DNA of 62,031 nucleotides, filler included, from Sluysia triapertura (Eukaryota), in assembly GCA_046118255.1 (NCBI GenBank). It is 5 parts of 5 records of this genome, joined end to end, with 100 filler letters (N's around TTAATTAATTAA, not from the genome) between each part and the next. Parts side by side here need not be neighbours in the genome. Positions count along the whole stretch, not along the records: positions 1 to 12,184 come from JBJNIA010131404.1; 4 more parts are not named here. One strand, given 5' to 3'. The position numbers and the translations under genes were made by a program. Positions within the stretch are counted from its first letter, which is position 1; each line of letters begins with the position of its first letter. The notes beneath the pieces are model-generated. The model saw only the letters and a program-made list of their open reading frames with translations, did no database searches and was not told where the DNA came from. Of this stretch, positions 1 to 12,284 are shown one piece after another.

Positions 1-1099
1 TAGTTCTATAATATTAATTATTAAAATCGAAATTAAAATCAATAAATACCCAATTAATCACACAAAGTCATTTACTGTTCACAGATGATAGTTTTTATAT
101 GAAGAAATTATACGAATAAATGTCGACTATACATATATTAAATCATTTATTATGATAATATTCACATAAATATTATTATACAAATAATGCTGACTATATG
201 TTACTATTAATTTATAATCATTTACTATAATATTAAAAATAATTACTCAAATAATAACTATTTCCAGTTAATCAAATCAATTTATAATATTAAAAAGGAT
301 TTATATCTAATCCGATTTAATATAATATTTTAAACAATGTTCTTAAAATTTGATTTCATATTACTGTTATTGATTCTTAGTTTAAAATAACTTTATTCAA
401 TTATAATGCTTTTAAATAACTTAATCTATTCTATCAAATCTTTAATTTAAGTTAATTTTGACCGAGAATAATGTTATTTATTTTTAATTACATAATAATT
501 CTATTCAATCTGAATTTGAGATAATTTATCTTATGCATTATAATATCCTAAATCCTAAGATAATTTTGATCGACTTTTATGCTTTGAAAGTTTGATTTCA
601 TATTGTTATTATTAATTCTTATTTTAAGATAATTTCTTAACTATAATAGTAAGGTTTAGTGTTTATAAATTTTAATTTCGTATTGTCTTTATTGAATCTC
701 AATATAAAATGATTATTTATACAAATTTAATTTAAATTTGATTGCTATTTGTTCTTAAGTTTTGAAGTTATATTAACTGTATATAAGATGAATAATTACT
801 TTATTAAAAATGAGTTTTATTATTTATTTACAAAATGTTAATAGTAAAAATGGGTATTGTGTTTAAAATTCTTTTACAAAACAAAATATTACATAGACCA
901 AAATATTAAAAACCAATGAAAAATATCTACAATTTAATATTTTAAAGAAATTAATAATAAAATTTATAGAGTTTAGATTGATTGTATCTATCTTTTTAAA
1001 ATGACAGTTAAGAAATGTTTAACTGAAATGAGAATAAATTATATTCCGCTATTTAAAATGCGAAGAAACTTATTAATACTAGTTAATGTCAACTTTTTA

Positions 1100-1780
1100 A
1101 CAAATGCTGAATACTTCAGGAATAATATGTTATGACGAATTTAACAATCGAAATGGAACTGTAGATTGTTAGAAAAAATAAATTTTTTAAATCATGCAGC
1201 CGTTATCGGATATCAATAAATTTTAATTTATTCTGCGCACCACAATTTTATGAGAAAAATCCGATTTGGCCTTATTTAATATAGTAGTATCTCGTTACGA
1301 AATTTTATTCCGATTTACTTTAGACAAATATACTACATAACCAAATTTTTTCCAATGAGTTATTTCGGGCGGAATCTCTTTAGATCACACAATGTTCCAC
1401 AAGACATCTCTGGTCCGGTCCTCCAGGCGTTAATAGATTAAAATCATCTCAAATTAATCATGAAAGATAGAAAAATAAACTTCAATAGAATAATAAAAAA
1501 GACCTCAGAAGACACTGCGAAATAAACTTTTAAAAAATTCTACAGAGTGGAATTCAATAAAGCGATTCAGGAAGATAACTCATAAAATTTTCAAGGAAAA
1601 TAAACTCACAGATTTATGTCACGCGCAGAATGATCATGGACAACTTTTTTCTTATGCTTTGTATCCGAAAAATTCTAATGAATAAGAGAATAAAACATCA
1701 CGAAGTTGTCGTCATTGGTAGAATACATTGTAGCAATTGTAACAATTATATGAAATATTGTTACGATAAGCTGTACTAAA
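1100..1780 (+). mobile_element. Possible highly decayed piggyBac-like transposase C-terminal remnant
   Basis: Fragments YDEFNNRNGTVD (cf. YNxxKGGVD) near 1130-1165 and a Cys-rich tail ENKTSRSCRH...HCSNC near 1685-1745 resembling the piggyBac cysteine-rich domain; many stops and frameshifts. Confidence 0.3.
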
Positions 1781-3861
1781 TTTTTCATTAGACAAAATTA
1801 AGCCATATTTACCTGGTAGATAAAAAGACAAATGAGTTTAAAAAATTATCGGATAAATGAATATTCTATTAGGAATAGAAACTGAGAAAGAAAAAGATCG
1901 ACTGCTTACATCAAAAGTTCTACAAAAAGAAATATAAGTATAGACTGGAAAGAAAAATATTTACAGAATTTAAGAGTATTTAATGATGGATATTTCGACA
2001 TCAGCGAAACAAGTATTCTAAGAAAAATGTTGAAAATATTAAGAAAAACAATAAACAAAAAAGGTTAATATCAAATGTACAAAATCCAAATCAAAAAATA
2101 AAATTAAATAAAACATATAATCTCGAATTCATATAACATAGAGATTTATTAATGCAAAGTACAAAATGAACGAAATTGTTAAAACGGATAATATAAAAAA
2201 GAGGATGAGAAGACATATTACGAAAATTTAAAAATGATACAACTCCAGAAACTAATAATGTTTGTTAAGAGAAACTAACCAATTAACAATTTATCGAATA
2301 ACAATTCTGATGTTAAATTAATAATTATTAATGATATTTGAGGTAAAAATAATTGAAGTACTAATTAAAATAGATACAGTTAAAACATTGTCAAAGATCC
2401 TAAGTTTGAGCCACGCTCAGTCCATTTATAAAATTATTATTTATATTAATAATAAGAATTAATAAAGTATGTTTACAGTTCAATTTATATTGACAAAATC
2501 GAACTGTAAACTTAAACACAGTGTATTGATATTAATTAATTGAAATAATCGATTATTAAAAATAATTATTATCAAAGATGTAGTTCAATTTTTTTGAAAA
2601 TATAAACTTTATTAAAATGTTTAAAACTATATTATTTCATCAATATTGTAGTGGCTCAAATCTCTCTACTTATAATTTTATTACAAAAATTGACAAAATC
2701 ATTCAATATAAGTCAATCATAATTTTACACTTTAAGTTATTGTATATTATTTTTGAGAATAAATTTTATCAATTTTATTCTTGAATTGATATTTTTGAAA
2801 ATTGTATACATAAGAGAACTTTCGGTGACGTTATCAGATTGAGAATATTTTCTGACAAAGTCTTTATTAGAACAATTAACTGAAGTTGTATTATGTCATA
2901 AAATTTTTAAAATTGATGCGAACGCATGAATGTATGGTCAGTATTTCGTATTCATCCAATATTTTAGACTTTTTTCCTCTGCCAAATTGCTATTTACACT
3001 TAAACTTATTGAAACCCGTTCTAAAAAATTCAAGTCATATACTAAAGTTGAAATAGATCTCTATGACACGGTTGGAAACAAGTATAATTTTATCAATACT
3101 ATTAAGATCCAATTAAGATGCAGTGATTTTATTCAAATTGATTATAAATTCACGTTTTTCGTATTTATAAAATAAATACGATGATAATGATGATCACAAA
3201 TTCACAGACTCATTTTTAATGTGATTTTGTTATTTATTAAGCTATTTTTGAAGTATTTTCACAATTCTTTGTTCTGGTTTATTTTCTTAAACTTATAAAA
3301 TCATTCTTTTAATATTTCAAACTTTAATTTACTTTTTAGATGATTGGTACTTTAGATGTAATTGAGATCTTACAAATTCATTATCATCAACGTCATTTAT
3401 ATTAAGAAATAGATTTTGAGTGGCCTTATTGATTTGACTGTCATTTGATTGGATACTGAGATTGTTTCTATTCAATGATTCTGAGCACTTGTAAGTATCA
3501 TCTGAAATTATAATGATTATGAAGATAAAAATGATAATGTTATTGAATTATTTGCTTGAGTTGTTTATGTAACAAGTACAATATTTTCATTCTAGAAATT
3601 CTAATGAGTGGAATTTAGGGAATGATTATAGTGATTATAAAAAAGATGTTTAAAAATTCAAATTATTAAATTATCTTATTAAAATTAATTTATATTAACA
3701 ATAAAATTGATTAAATACACAATTTAAACTCTGAAAAGAAATATTGAATTTTTATATACCAAAAACTTAAATTTATATTATTATTATAGCGCTTAAAATA
3801 AATCATTCATTATAATATTTATGAAATAGTAAGAATTTTGCCCTTTTCTGAAATATTTATT

Positions 3862-4742
3862 TGCTAGGTTGTCATCAAAATCCCTAATATAATGATATTA
3901 TCACAAAAGAAAGCCATTTTTTAAAAAAAGAAAATAAATTTTATAAAAAAGAAACCGAAAATTCTGGAATTTTCGAGAATTTCCATTGATTTTGATTGGC
4001 TGATGACCACTAGATATACTGACATCAGAAACATTTATAATAATTATTTAACAATACAAAATTTAGTTTCACGAATTTTACATAATTTCGCTTAGTTTTA
4101 CAAAACTTTATTTCAATTTAATTTCAATTTAAATTAGTCAAATTATTCCACGACGAAGAAAATTAAATCATTTTTGAAGTACTGTTGATTACTGAATTTG
4201 GATTTCATTCCAAAGGCTCTTAAATTGAAAGTTTACATTAGTAAGTTTTTTTACTGTTAAGGATGGTTCTATTCATATAATCTTAAAATACATGTAAATT
4301 CTTTGTAATTGAAATTTTTCTCAATCCCGATTTAATGAGAGTAAAGATTTATCATTAAAATCCTAGTTATTGAAATTAAATACCTTTATAAATTTTAATT
4401 TTAAAATTCATTTAATAATTTTTCTTCTTTTATCTGAATATCTATTACAATTTTTGGGAAAATCTTTAAAAAATCATCATTGTTTGTATTTTTTGATTTT
4501 GAGAACAAGCTAAGAATGTATAATAGAATATTCAATTCAAATAACAATTCAATTTTAGCCACTTGCGTAATTAGCACCTCACTTTTCAAAATAGTTAATT
4601 TTCGAAAGTTGGTTGTTTAGTTAAGTGTGTTACAAGTGTCATCTACAGTTATAGGTATGCTCACTTTAAGTCACAAGTCACATACTATAACCAAACCCTG
4701 CTCAAAATCATTTTGCCTTAGGTAAAGAATAAAATCACAGCA
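3862..4742 (+). mobile_element. Solo LTR, ~0.8-0.9 kb family (LTR-B), copy A
   Basis: Starts TGCTAGGTTGTCATC, contains ATTGGCTGATGAC followed by a TATA-like motif, ends AAATCACAGCA; same blocks as copies at 19370 and 48757; flanks TATT/TTTT (3/4 match). Confidence 0.7.
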
Positions 4743-5048
4743 TTTTATTCTTCCATTGCAAATACAATTAAATTTGCTTCTCTGTTGGTACTGTTCTCAG
4801 TCGAAGTTTAGTTCCATTTGTTTCTGATAGACGAGATTGAAATGCTATTCTAGTAGTTCAAAATCCAATTAGAAACTGAAATCTCTGCACAAAGATATTT
4901 CATAGTCTCATTTTAATTGTTTAACTACGTTTGATGGCAATGGGCGACAAAAATAAATTTGTGAAATGCGCAGGTGTTTCCTATAAAAGGTAATAAAATG
5001 TTGCTTGCTGACGACTGTTTCTAAAAATACTTTATTCTCTTGATTTTG

Positions 5049-5196
5049 NNNNNNNNNNNNNNNNNNNNNNNNNNNNNNNNNNNNNNNNNNNNNNNNNNNN
5101 NNNNNNNNNNNNNNNNNNNNNNNNNNNNNNNNNNNNNNNNNNNNNNNNNNNNNNNNNNNNNNNNNNNNNNNNNNNNNNNNNNNNNNNNNNNNNNNN
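5049..5196. other. Assembly gap (148 N)
   Basis: Run of N without a linker motif. Confidence 0.99.
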
Positions 5197-5620
5197 AGAC
5201 TAAGTTCTTTCTATTCAAAACAGAATCAGAATACATTTATGAATCATTATCTTATTTATTATATGGATTTGAAGCATGCTATCTTAAGAACAACGTGATA
5301 CTGAGTTTACATAAGGTGTGGAAGATATTAAATAAAAATTGAAAGATCTGCGCCATGTTCTTAGATTGAATTAAATTAATTAAGAATGATGTACCAAGAA
5401 ATTCTGAGGTTGTGATTGTTCAAATTTTTCTAAAGATTGTGTGAAGTATAAATTAAAGGTTAAATGATGAATAACTTTATATTTGAGGTGTAGAGTAATT
5501 AATATAAGCTGATGTTTCAAAAAGTATCGAAATTATGTAGAAAGTAAATTATTTGTTTAGCGTTATAAGGTGATTTTGTTTAAAATGATAGAAGTGTAAG
5601 TTATGGTGGTAGCCTCCACA
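5197..5620 (-). mobile_element. Probable 5' end of a cargo-cassette family element, truncated by the gap
   Basis: Minus strand starts TGTGGAGGCTACCACC and continues as a C/A-rich, G-poor tract like copies at 6204, 14781 and 51879. Confidence 0.4.
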
Positions 5621-6203
5621 GTTGTAATAAATCGGAGTGTCCATAAATATCACGATGTCTCATTTTACTCCATGATTATTTTGGAATTTCAGTATATAAA
5701 TCATTGTATAAAATTAAATTGTACTTTTATAATATTTGATTATTAACGATGATAATAATGACAGTTATTCATGTTAATATTACTTGTACAATGCACATAA
5801 ATTTTATTGTGCAATTATTAAAATAGTGTTCGAGGTAAATATTGAACTTATGCGAAAATTGTACAAAATAAATATAAGTACTTTTTAACAATTTAAACGA
5901 TGTCCGAAATCTGAATTCATACTATGTTTAATTTATTACTTTTATAATTGTTTAAATTTTGAGAGTAATATAAATCACCTGAATAAGTAATGCAATAAAA
6001 TTTATCTTATTCTAAATACGTTTAATTAAGGCACAACTTTGTTATGCTATTATTAATTAAATATTTACTAAAGCTGTAATTTTATCGATATATTGCGATT
6101 ATTTGAAATATCATAAATATAGTAAGTGTTTAACTTTAAAATTTGAAAGGTAAGTTTTATTTCTTATTCATTCTGAAAATTCTCAAGTCGAATTTAAAAT
6201 TTT

Positions 6204-8200
6204 TGTTATGGCCAACCTAACAAATTTTATAAAAAAATTGTTTCTTTTTCTTCCGAATTTAACAAAACCACATTCACTTTCAAAATCTTCAATATATATA
6301 TTAAAACTCATTAAAAACACTTTTATACACAGTTCCATATCAACACAATCAAAATTTTATTTTTCAATATTGCACAATTACCTTCTTCACTTTCACTAAA
6401 CCACACTCTTTTCAATGCATTTTTAAGTCACAACATACTAACACCTAAACAGTACTTTCATTTAAAAAATCCACATAAAACATTTATATTATTTCAAAAT
6501 ATTTAAATCATAAACTTTCAACCGTCAAACTCATCTTCAGTCAAAAACATTAAAATACATTTAAAAACATATTAAGCATTTCCTTCTAACATTAGAATCT
6601 CAACTACACTATAAAATTTCATTACAAATACATAACATTAATCAGTTAATTAACTAGTAGACAATTAACTACTTTAAACTAAGAAATAGATTTTTAAATA
6701 TGTTAATAAATAATACAAGAATAAGAAGGAAAGATAATGTTTATGAGATTTAGAAGATTTATGTTTTATATTAAAATAATAATAATAACATTACAATTAT
6801 TATTGTTATTATCACCATTTTTAATTTTTATCATTTTTATCATTCAAATTATTCAATTTATTATTCAATTTAGTAGCTACCATCGTCAATGCCGACACTT
6901 TTAGTTCATGTGTACAGTCAGCGTCATTAGTGATGGTGGTCGTGATGACAATTCATTATGTACTAAATTAGCTTAAATTATGTATTTTTATTGACTGCCC
7001 AATTGAAATCATTAATCTTGGTTACGTTACGTGTTTTAATTAGCAGCCACTAGTATTGCGAAACAGATGAAACAAAATTTTTATTACAAAGGCGGCATTT
7101 TTAATTAAGCAGCCAGACACAACAACTAAAATTTATTATTGACTACTACGACACAATTTTATGATTAAGCAAAAAGTTAAAAATTCTTGTCGCTGAAAAT
7201 TAAGACAAAATCGTTTCAATAATCGTCTCATATTAATGTCAAAAGTTATATCAAGTTTATGAAAATTCACACAAAGTATGTAGACTTAAATTATGAAATG
7301 ATGGAATTAAATATTCATAAAGAAGGAACTTGTGGTGAAGAAAAGATAAAGGCGTTCTCTCTCTTTGAGGAAGCTGAAGTTTATAATCGTCTAATAAGTG
7401 AAGTTCAAAATCCAGATAATTCAATCCCGATCGATATTAATTCTCATGAGTGTAAAGAATCCGAATTGTTAAAAGTAATAGTTGATAATAAAATTCAAGA
7501 ATTTGTAATGTGAAAACTGGAAAAAGGTGAATCAAGGAACGAAAACACGAAATTGTCAGAAGAGTGGCTTCAATTAAAGCAATTTGCTGACTACATGAGT
7601 AAAGAAAATGATGTAATTACAAATGAAACTAATTGGTTACCTCTATACTATGTTCATGAAATGATTATATTACAAAGTAAGAATGCCATGTACGGTCAGT
7701 CATCATTAGATGTAAATAATGTAATAGATATAGTCAATGTATTATTAAAGACTCCAAGGAGGATTAATAAAATGCAAAGCAAGTGTATCAAACAGAAGAA
7801 AGGAATAAAGTACTTGATCAATGATGTTTTTAAGTTGCTATTGATGTTTATTAATAATCAAAGGACAAAACGCAATCTTCTAAAAATAAAAGATGAAGTT
7901 TAATCAGTGTACAAACTGAGTTATTCAAAGTATACGTTACAAATGGTGAAAACGTTATTAATATTACCGAGTCCAAGATCAACACAGAATTAGGATTCGA
8001 CAATGTTTTTACACGATGTCATCAGTCAAATTCATTAAGGATTCTCAATGAATGCTTTGATTTCCTACAATCAATGGAACATATTAAGAACTTAAAGGAT
8101 GGAGCTGCCAATATTACTAGGAAATTAAAAGTAACTGACTTTCCTTATATTTTTAAAATATTTATCATTGTTAATTTTGATTTTTATTATTTTATTCCTT
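6204..8200 (+). mobile_element. Cargo-cassette family element, copy I (3' end not defined)
   Basis: TGTTATGGCCAACC start, C-rich arm ~6260-6640, TTA-rich tract, hairpin block 6873-6941, GCAGCCAC motif ~7043, then a decayed ORF from 7259. Confidence 0.55.
7259..8160 (+). pseudogene. Decayed ORF of unknown function (cargo of cassette I)
   Basis: ORFs 7259-7513 and 7553-7903 are in the same frame, separated by one TGA; after a frameshift a reading frame continues (LFKVYVTNGENVINITESK...MEHIKNLKDGAA). Confidence 0.5.
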
Positions 8201-10879
8201 TTAGTATAGTAAGAAGCGTGAATTCAAAACTAGTTCAATATCGTGTTATAAATGAACAAAATTCTAGATTAACATTTAAAAAATTTGATAAATTTTATAA
8301 AATTCGTTATGAATTGTCTTTTATTATTTTTCAATGTTGTGTAACGTTTAGAATTTTTAAAAAACTTAGTACTATATAAAGTTAATAAATATTCAAATGC
8401 TATAAAAATAAACAATTTCAAAGTTTTGCTTAATGAAGACCAATGTAAATTAAAATTAAAAACTGAAAACAACTTAAAACATTTAATACCACAACAATTT
8501 ATTCGCCTTAAAATAAGTTCACGTCTGATCTGGCTGAACGACACAAACTTTTGTACATATGCACTTATAACATTTTCTTGTTTTTACTTTCGAAAAGCAT
8601 TGTAATATTTTAATTTCTGACGCAAGATTATAATCATCTATCAATATTTCAATAATAAATTTTTTAGTTATTAAAATTATTTCTTAGATTTTTGGTTAAA
8701 CTATTTAGTTGAGCACTTTAAAATTTTCTAATTAAACTCTGTTTCATTTTTTAATTCAAAACTGAGTAAATCAAAATAAAATTCAACCTGAATAATATTT
8801 TCTGTTACACTAATATTACATTTAACAATTACCACAATGCACATAAAGTAATATGAAAAAAACAAAGTAAATGTTCCAAATAAATGTTATAACTACGAAT
8901 GTAAATCAAATATCAATTAAGTAACAATTAGATTATACAGAGCACCAATAACGTAAAAATTATTAAATGCAGCAAGGGTGACAACTCATCAGAACTTAAA
9001 ATGTTAGAGAGCAAGTTTAGTCTTTGTTAAACTAAGAAGAATTAGATTATACTGAAATTATAATATCACAAGATTAAAACTATCAAAGGACAAAAATTAA
9101 ATTAAAATGGGGTGTATCCTAAAAATATTCAAAAATATTTAATCATATTATAAGCCCAAATGACAAAGGTCAAAATACAATTTACAAGGGCAGCTTCCTT
9201 AAAATATTAAAAATCAATATTAAAATTATTATTTTAAAATGTAATAAAATAATAAAGATCCAAAGTCTACCAAATGCGTGAATTATGAATCTTCATTGAA
9301 TGTTGTGGTAACTATTGTTATTGCTGTTGTCTCTGTTATTGTGTTAAAAATTTTACAGCTTTAATTTTTTACTTTCTCATTATCCATCACTCCTGATTTC
9401 TGCAGTTAAACATTTTCTTACACAAGTCATTTGAACATCCTTCGAGAGCTGAGCTCATAATAACAGCTCCGAAATTTATTTGGTATTACTTGTCAGACTT
9501 TATTAAACAAGGAACATAACATAAGGGTCAACAATAATTTTTCTCTACTATACTCGACTTATTTTCTCCAAAATTATTTCTCACAATAAGATAACAATCA
9601 TTAGTATTATAGGCATTCATAAAAATAATGATTTTAACTTTAGTTTTTAGAATTTAATTAATTTTTAGTTTTTCACACTCCATGTTCTTAGTCTCAAACA
9701 GAACAATTATTTTCTTTTGCGTACACTTTTACATTTCAAAACATTTTAAATTCACAATCTTACATCAAAATCAAACTTACATCCAAAATCATTAATACAT
9801 TTAAATTTCATTTAGGACATCTTAACTCATAATCTCAGAACATTAGACTACAATTTACATCTTAAACTATCAAATATACATGTGAAACTAATTCAATACA
9901 TTTTAATGTTCCAATCTTCTAACTTCCAAACCTTCCTTTCTTTCAAAAACATCAAATTCATACAAAACACTTCCAGTTCATATCTTACAACATTAAAATT
10001 ACATTCAAGTTCAAATCATTAATGCACATTAAAACCTTCAAAATAATTCAAAACTTCTCAAAATCACTGCCACTTTCAGAAGTAACGGTCTATAAATAAA
10101 AACTTCATAAAAACATTTTATTCCCAATATAAGCCGCATATGCAGCCTAAAAAACTCTCTAAGTTCACTACTCTTTAATTCTCATTCACACTAAGAAAAT
10201 CAACTATATTAAGATAATTTAAATATGTTAAGAAATAGAAATACAAAGAACTAAAAGAATGATTTTTTGTTATTATCATTTTAAAAAGTTTATGCGATTT
10301 ATAATAATAATAATAAGATTAATATTATTATTACTATCATCATTTTTATTTTTGATTATTTTAAATAATAATTTTATTTATCAACTGTGTAACTACCACT
10401 ACATGTGATGACATTATTAATTCACAATTATAGTTTAATGTCACTACTGATAGTGGTTATTTTATTCAACACACAAAAAGTTGTATATTAGTTAACTTGC
10501 CATCAATCGACAGGTAATTTTAATCAATTAATGTTGCTTTACTAACTGTCGACTGATGACAGCTGATTGCATTTATGATCAATATTTCTGATTAAAATTA
10601 TCAATACCGTTTGCTTTTCGAGTTTTGATTGGGCAGCCACTCATAGTAAAAAAGAATTATCATCAAATTTATTAATACAGTTAACAATTTATAATGCTAT
10701 TCAACAGTCTATTATAAGAGTTATTCTGTATATTATTGAAAAACACTCATCAATATCGTATATTCGTCTTACCCTCGCTTGTGTGCAGCAATATTTGATA
10801 TTCTAATAGGAAAATTGCGAAATAAGAAACTAACTTTAAAGATTTGATATTTTATAAAGATACAAAAATAGTCCACGGA

Positions 10880-11850
10880 CTAAATTTAGATGCTTAATTA
10901 ATGATAACGAACACATCAAGCTTAGATTAGAAGCTCTTTCAGAATCAACAAATGTCGGAATTAAGGATGAAGAAAATGTTGAAATAACTATTCTACGAGT
11001 TTATGCTACAACTGATGTCAACAGAGTACAAGTACAGGCGAAATAGATATCGAAAGATGTGGTTTAAGTATTATTCATTAATATTAGATGATGATGGTTT
11101 CATGTATGTCTAATTTGGTAATACTAAAGATTTGGAAAATAATATTATTCGCTTTGTTGGAAACATTGTTAATCGAATTCAAGAAGATTATTTAAGTATT
11201 TTATCATATTTTAGATTTTTTGAAAGAATTCCGGAACAATCCGATTCACGTGTTGAAGAAATTTTATCTAATGCCAAACAAAATGCCGATGGTCTAAAAA
11301 TTATTAGTGCTGAACGTACTTAGTCAGATGTAACTAAAGTTATTAAAGGTAGATATGCATGTGATTTATTTATTTTTTGTGATATGTTTATTTTGTAAAA
11401 AATGATTTTGAAACTATAAAAAAACAATTTTGTGAGCTTTAAGTAGACGTACAGAGAGATGATGTTTAGAGTGTCACTCTTTTTAGTTTAAATATTGATA
11501 ATGAAAACGAATTAGAAATTATTCATAAGCATTTTAAGTTAAATATTAATGACGTAATTTTTAAATGTTATTTATTTGACAAACGTGATTCGAATATCAC
11601 ATTAAAGAATTCACAAGAGGTTTTCATTGTGTTGGAAATAAAAAAACGAATTAAACATAATCGATTACATATATCAATTAGAATTGTTGAAATCGTTAGC
11701 AAGACCGGAAATAATTCGGGAGCTTAGAACTTCGACGCCTCCAGAGATTCCAGTCAGTGGCAATATACTTTTTAAAATTGCCTTTGAAAGAGCGTTTTTC
11801 AAGTTGATACGTCCACTAACGAGGCTCAAAGGACAAGATCAGATCTGGAT
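10880..11850 (+). pseudogene. Intronless decayed CCA-adding enzyme (class II tRNA nucleotidyltransferase, TRNT1-like)
   Basis: Collinear motifs EENVEITILRVYATTD (cf. EENFEITTLRIDVTTD), IDIERCGLSI (cf. DAERRDLTIN), DLENNIIRFVG...RIQEDYLSILSYFRFF...GLKIISAER (cf. RFVG..RIQEDYLRILRYFRF..ISGER) and PPEIPVSG (cf. PPFPVSG); several stops and frameshifts, no introns seen. Confidence 0.85.
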
Positions 11851-11880
11851 GATTAGTAACGACACTCCAAGTCTGGTTTG

Positions 11881-11946
11881 TGCATGTATGCTGTGACTCC
11901 AGACGGACAATGTACAAAGTATGGCAATAATTGTATATACGCACAC
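11881..11946 (+). pseudogene. CCCH zinc finger coding segment (C-x9-C-x6-C-x3-H) directly 3' of the TRNT1-like region
   Basis: KSGL-CMYAVTPDGQCTKYGNNCIYAH-NTTEL; the CxxYGxxCxYAHxxxEL pattern is typical of TTP/ZFP36-like CCCH fingers. Confidence 0.75.
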
Positions 11947-12107
11947 AATACAACTGAACTAACGGACAACTTCTCTTGGATTTGGAACTTAACAAACCAT
12001 TTTCATAGAATAAAACAATTGTTGTCATCATTGGACACAAGGCCATTCGATTGCAATAATCATCATAACTCAAAAGCAATTGTTAATTTTAATCTGATTT
12101 ATATTAT

Positions 12108-12184
12108 TGTTAGACTTCGTAAAATGGACTGACCGGGGATCGAACCCGGAACCATCGCTGCGCAGTTCGAATGCTCTACCACTG
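12108..12184 (-). mobile_element. tRNA-bearing mini-LTR (LTR-A), truncated by contig end
   Basis: Minus strand: CAGTGGTAGAGCATTCGAACTGCGCAGCGATGGTTCCGGGTTCGATCCCCGGTCAGTCCATTTTACGAAGTCTAACA. Strand is given in tRNA sense. Confidence 0.85.
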
Positions 12185-12284
12185 NNNNNNNNNNNNNNNN
12201 NNNNNNNNNNNNNNNNNNNNNNNNNNNNTTAATTAATTAANNNNNNNNNNNNNNNNNNNNNNNNNNNNNNNNNNNNNNNNNNNN
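12185..12284. other. Artificial contig spacer
   Basis: 44 N + TTAATTAATTAA (stops in all six frames) + 44 N. Confidence 0.97.

Larger units (their letters stand above)
9680..12107 (+). mobile_element. Cargo-cassette family element, copy II (5' terminus eroded)
   Basis: C-rich arm ~9680-10200, AAT/TTA tract, hairpin block 10389-10457, ATTGGGCAGCCAC at ~10628-10640, then TRNT1-like and CCCH cargo. Confidence 0.55.

Noticed and set aside
5021-5342. ORFs spanning 5021-5342
   Set aside because: Open only because of the N gap.
12229-12240. TTAATTAATTAA as a biological repeat or CRISPR-like motif
   Set aside because: Always centred in exactly 44+44 N; a synthetic linker.
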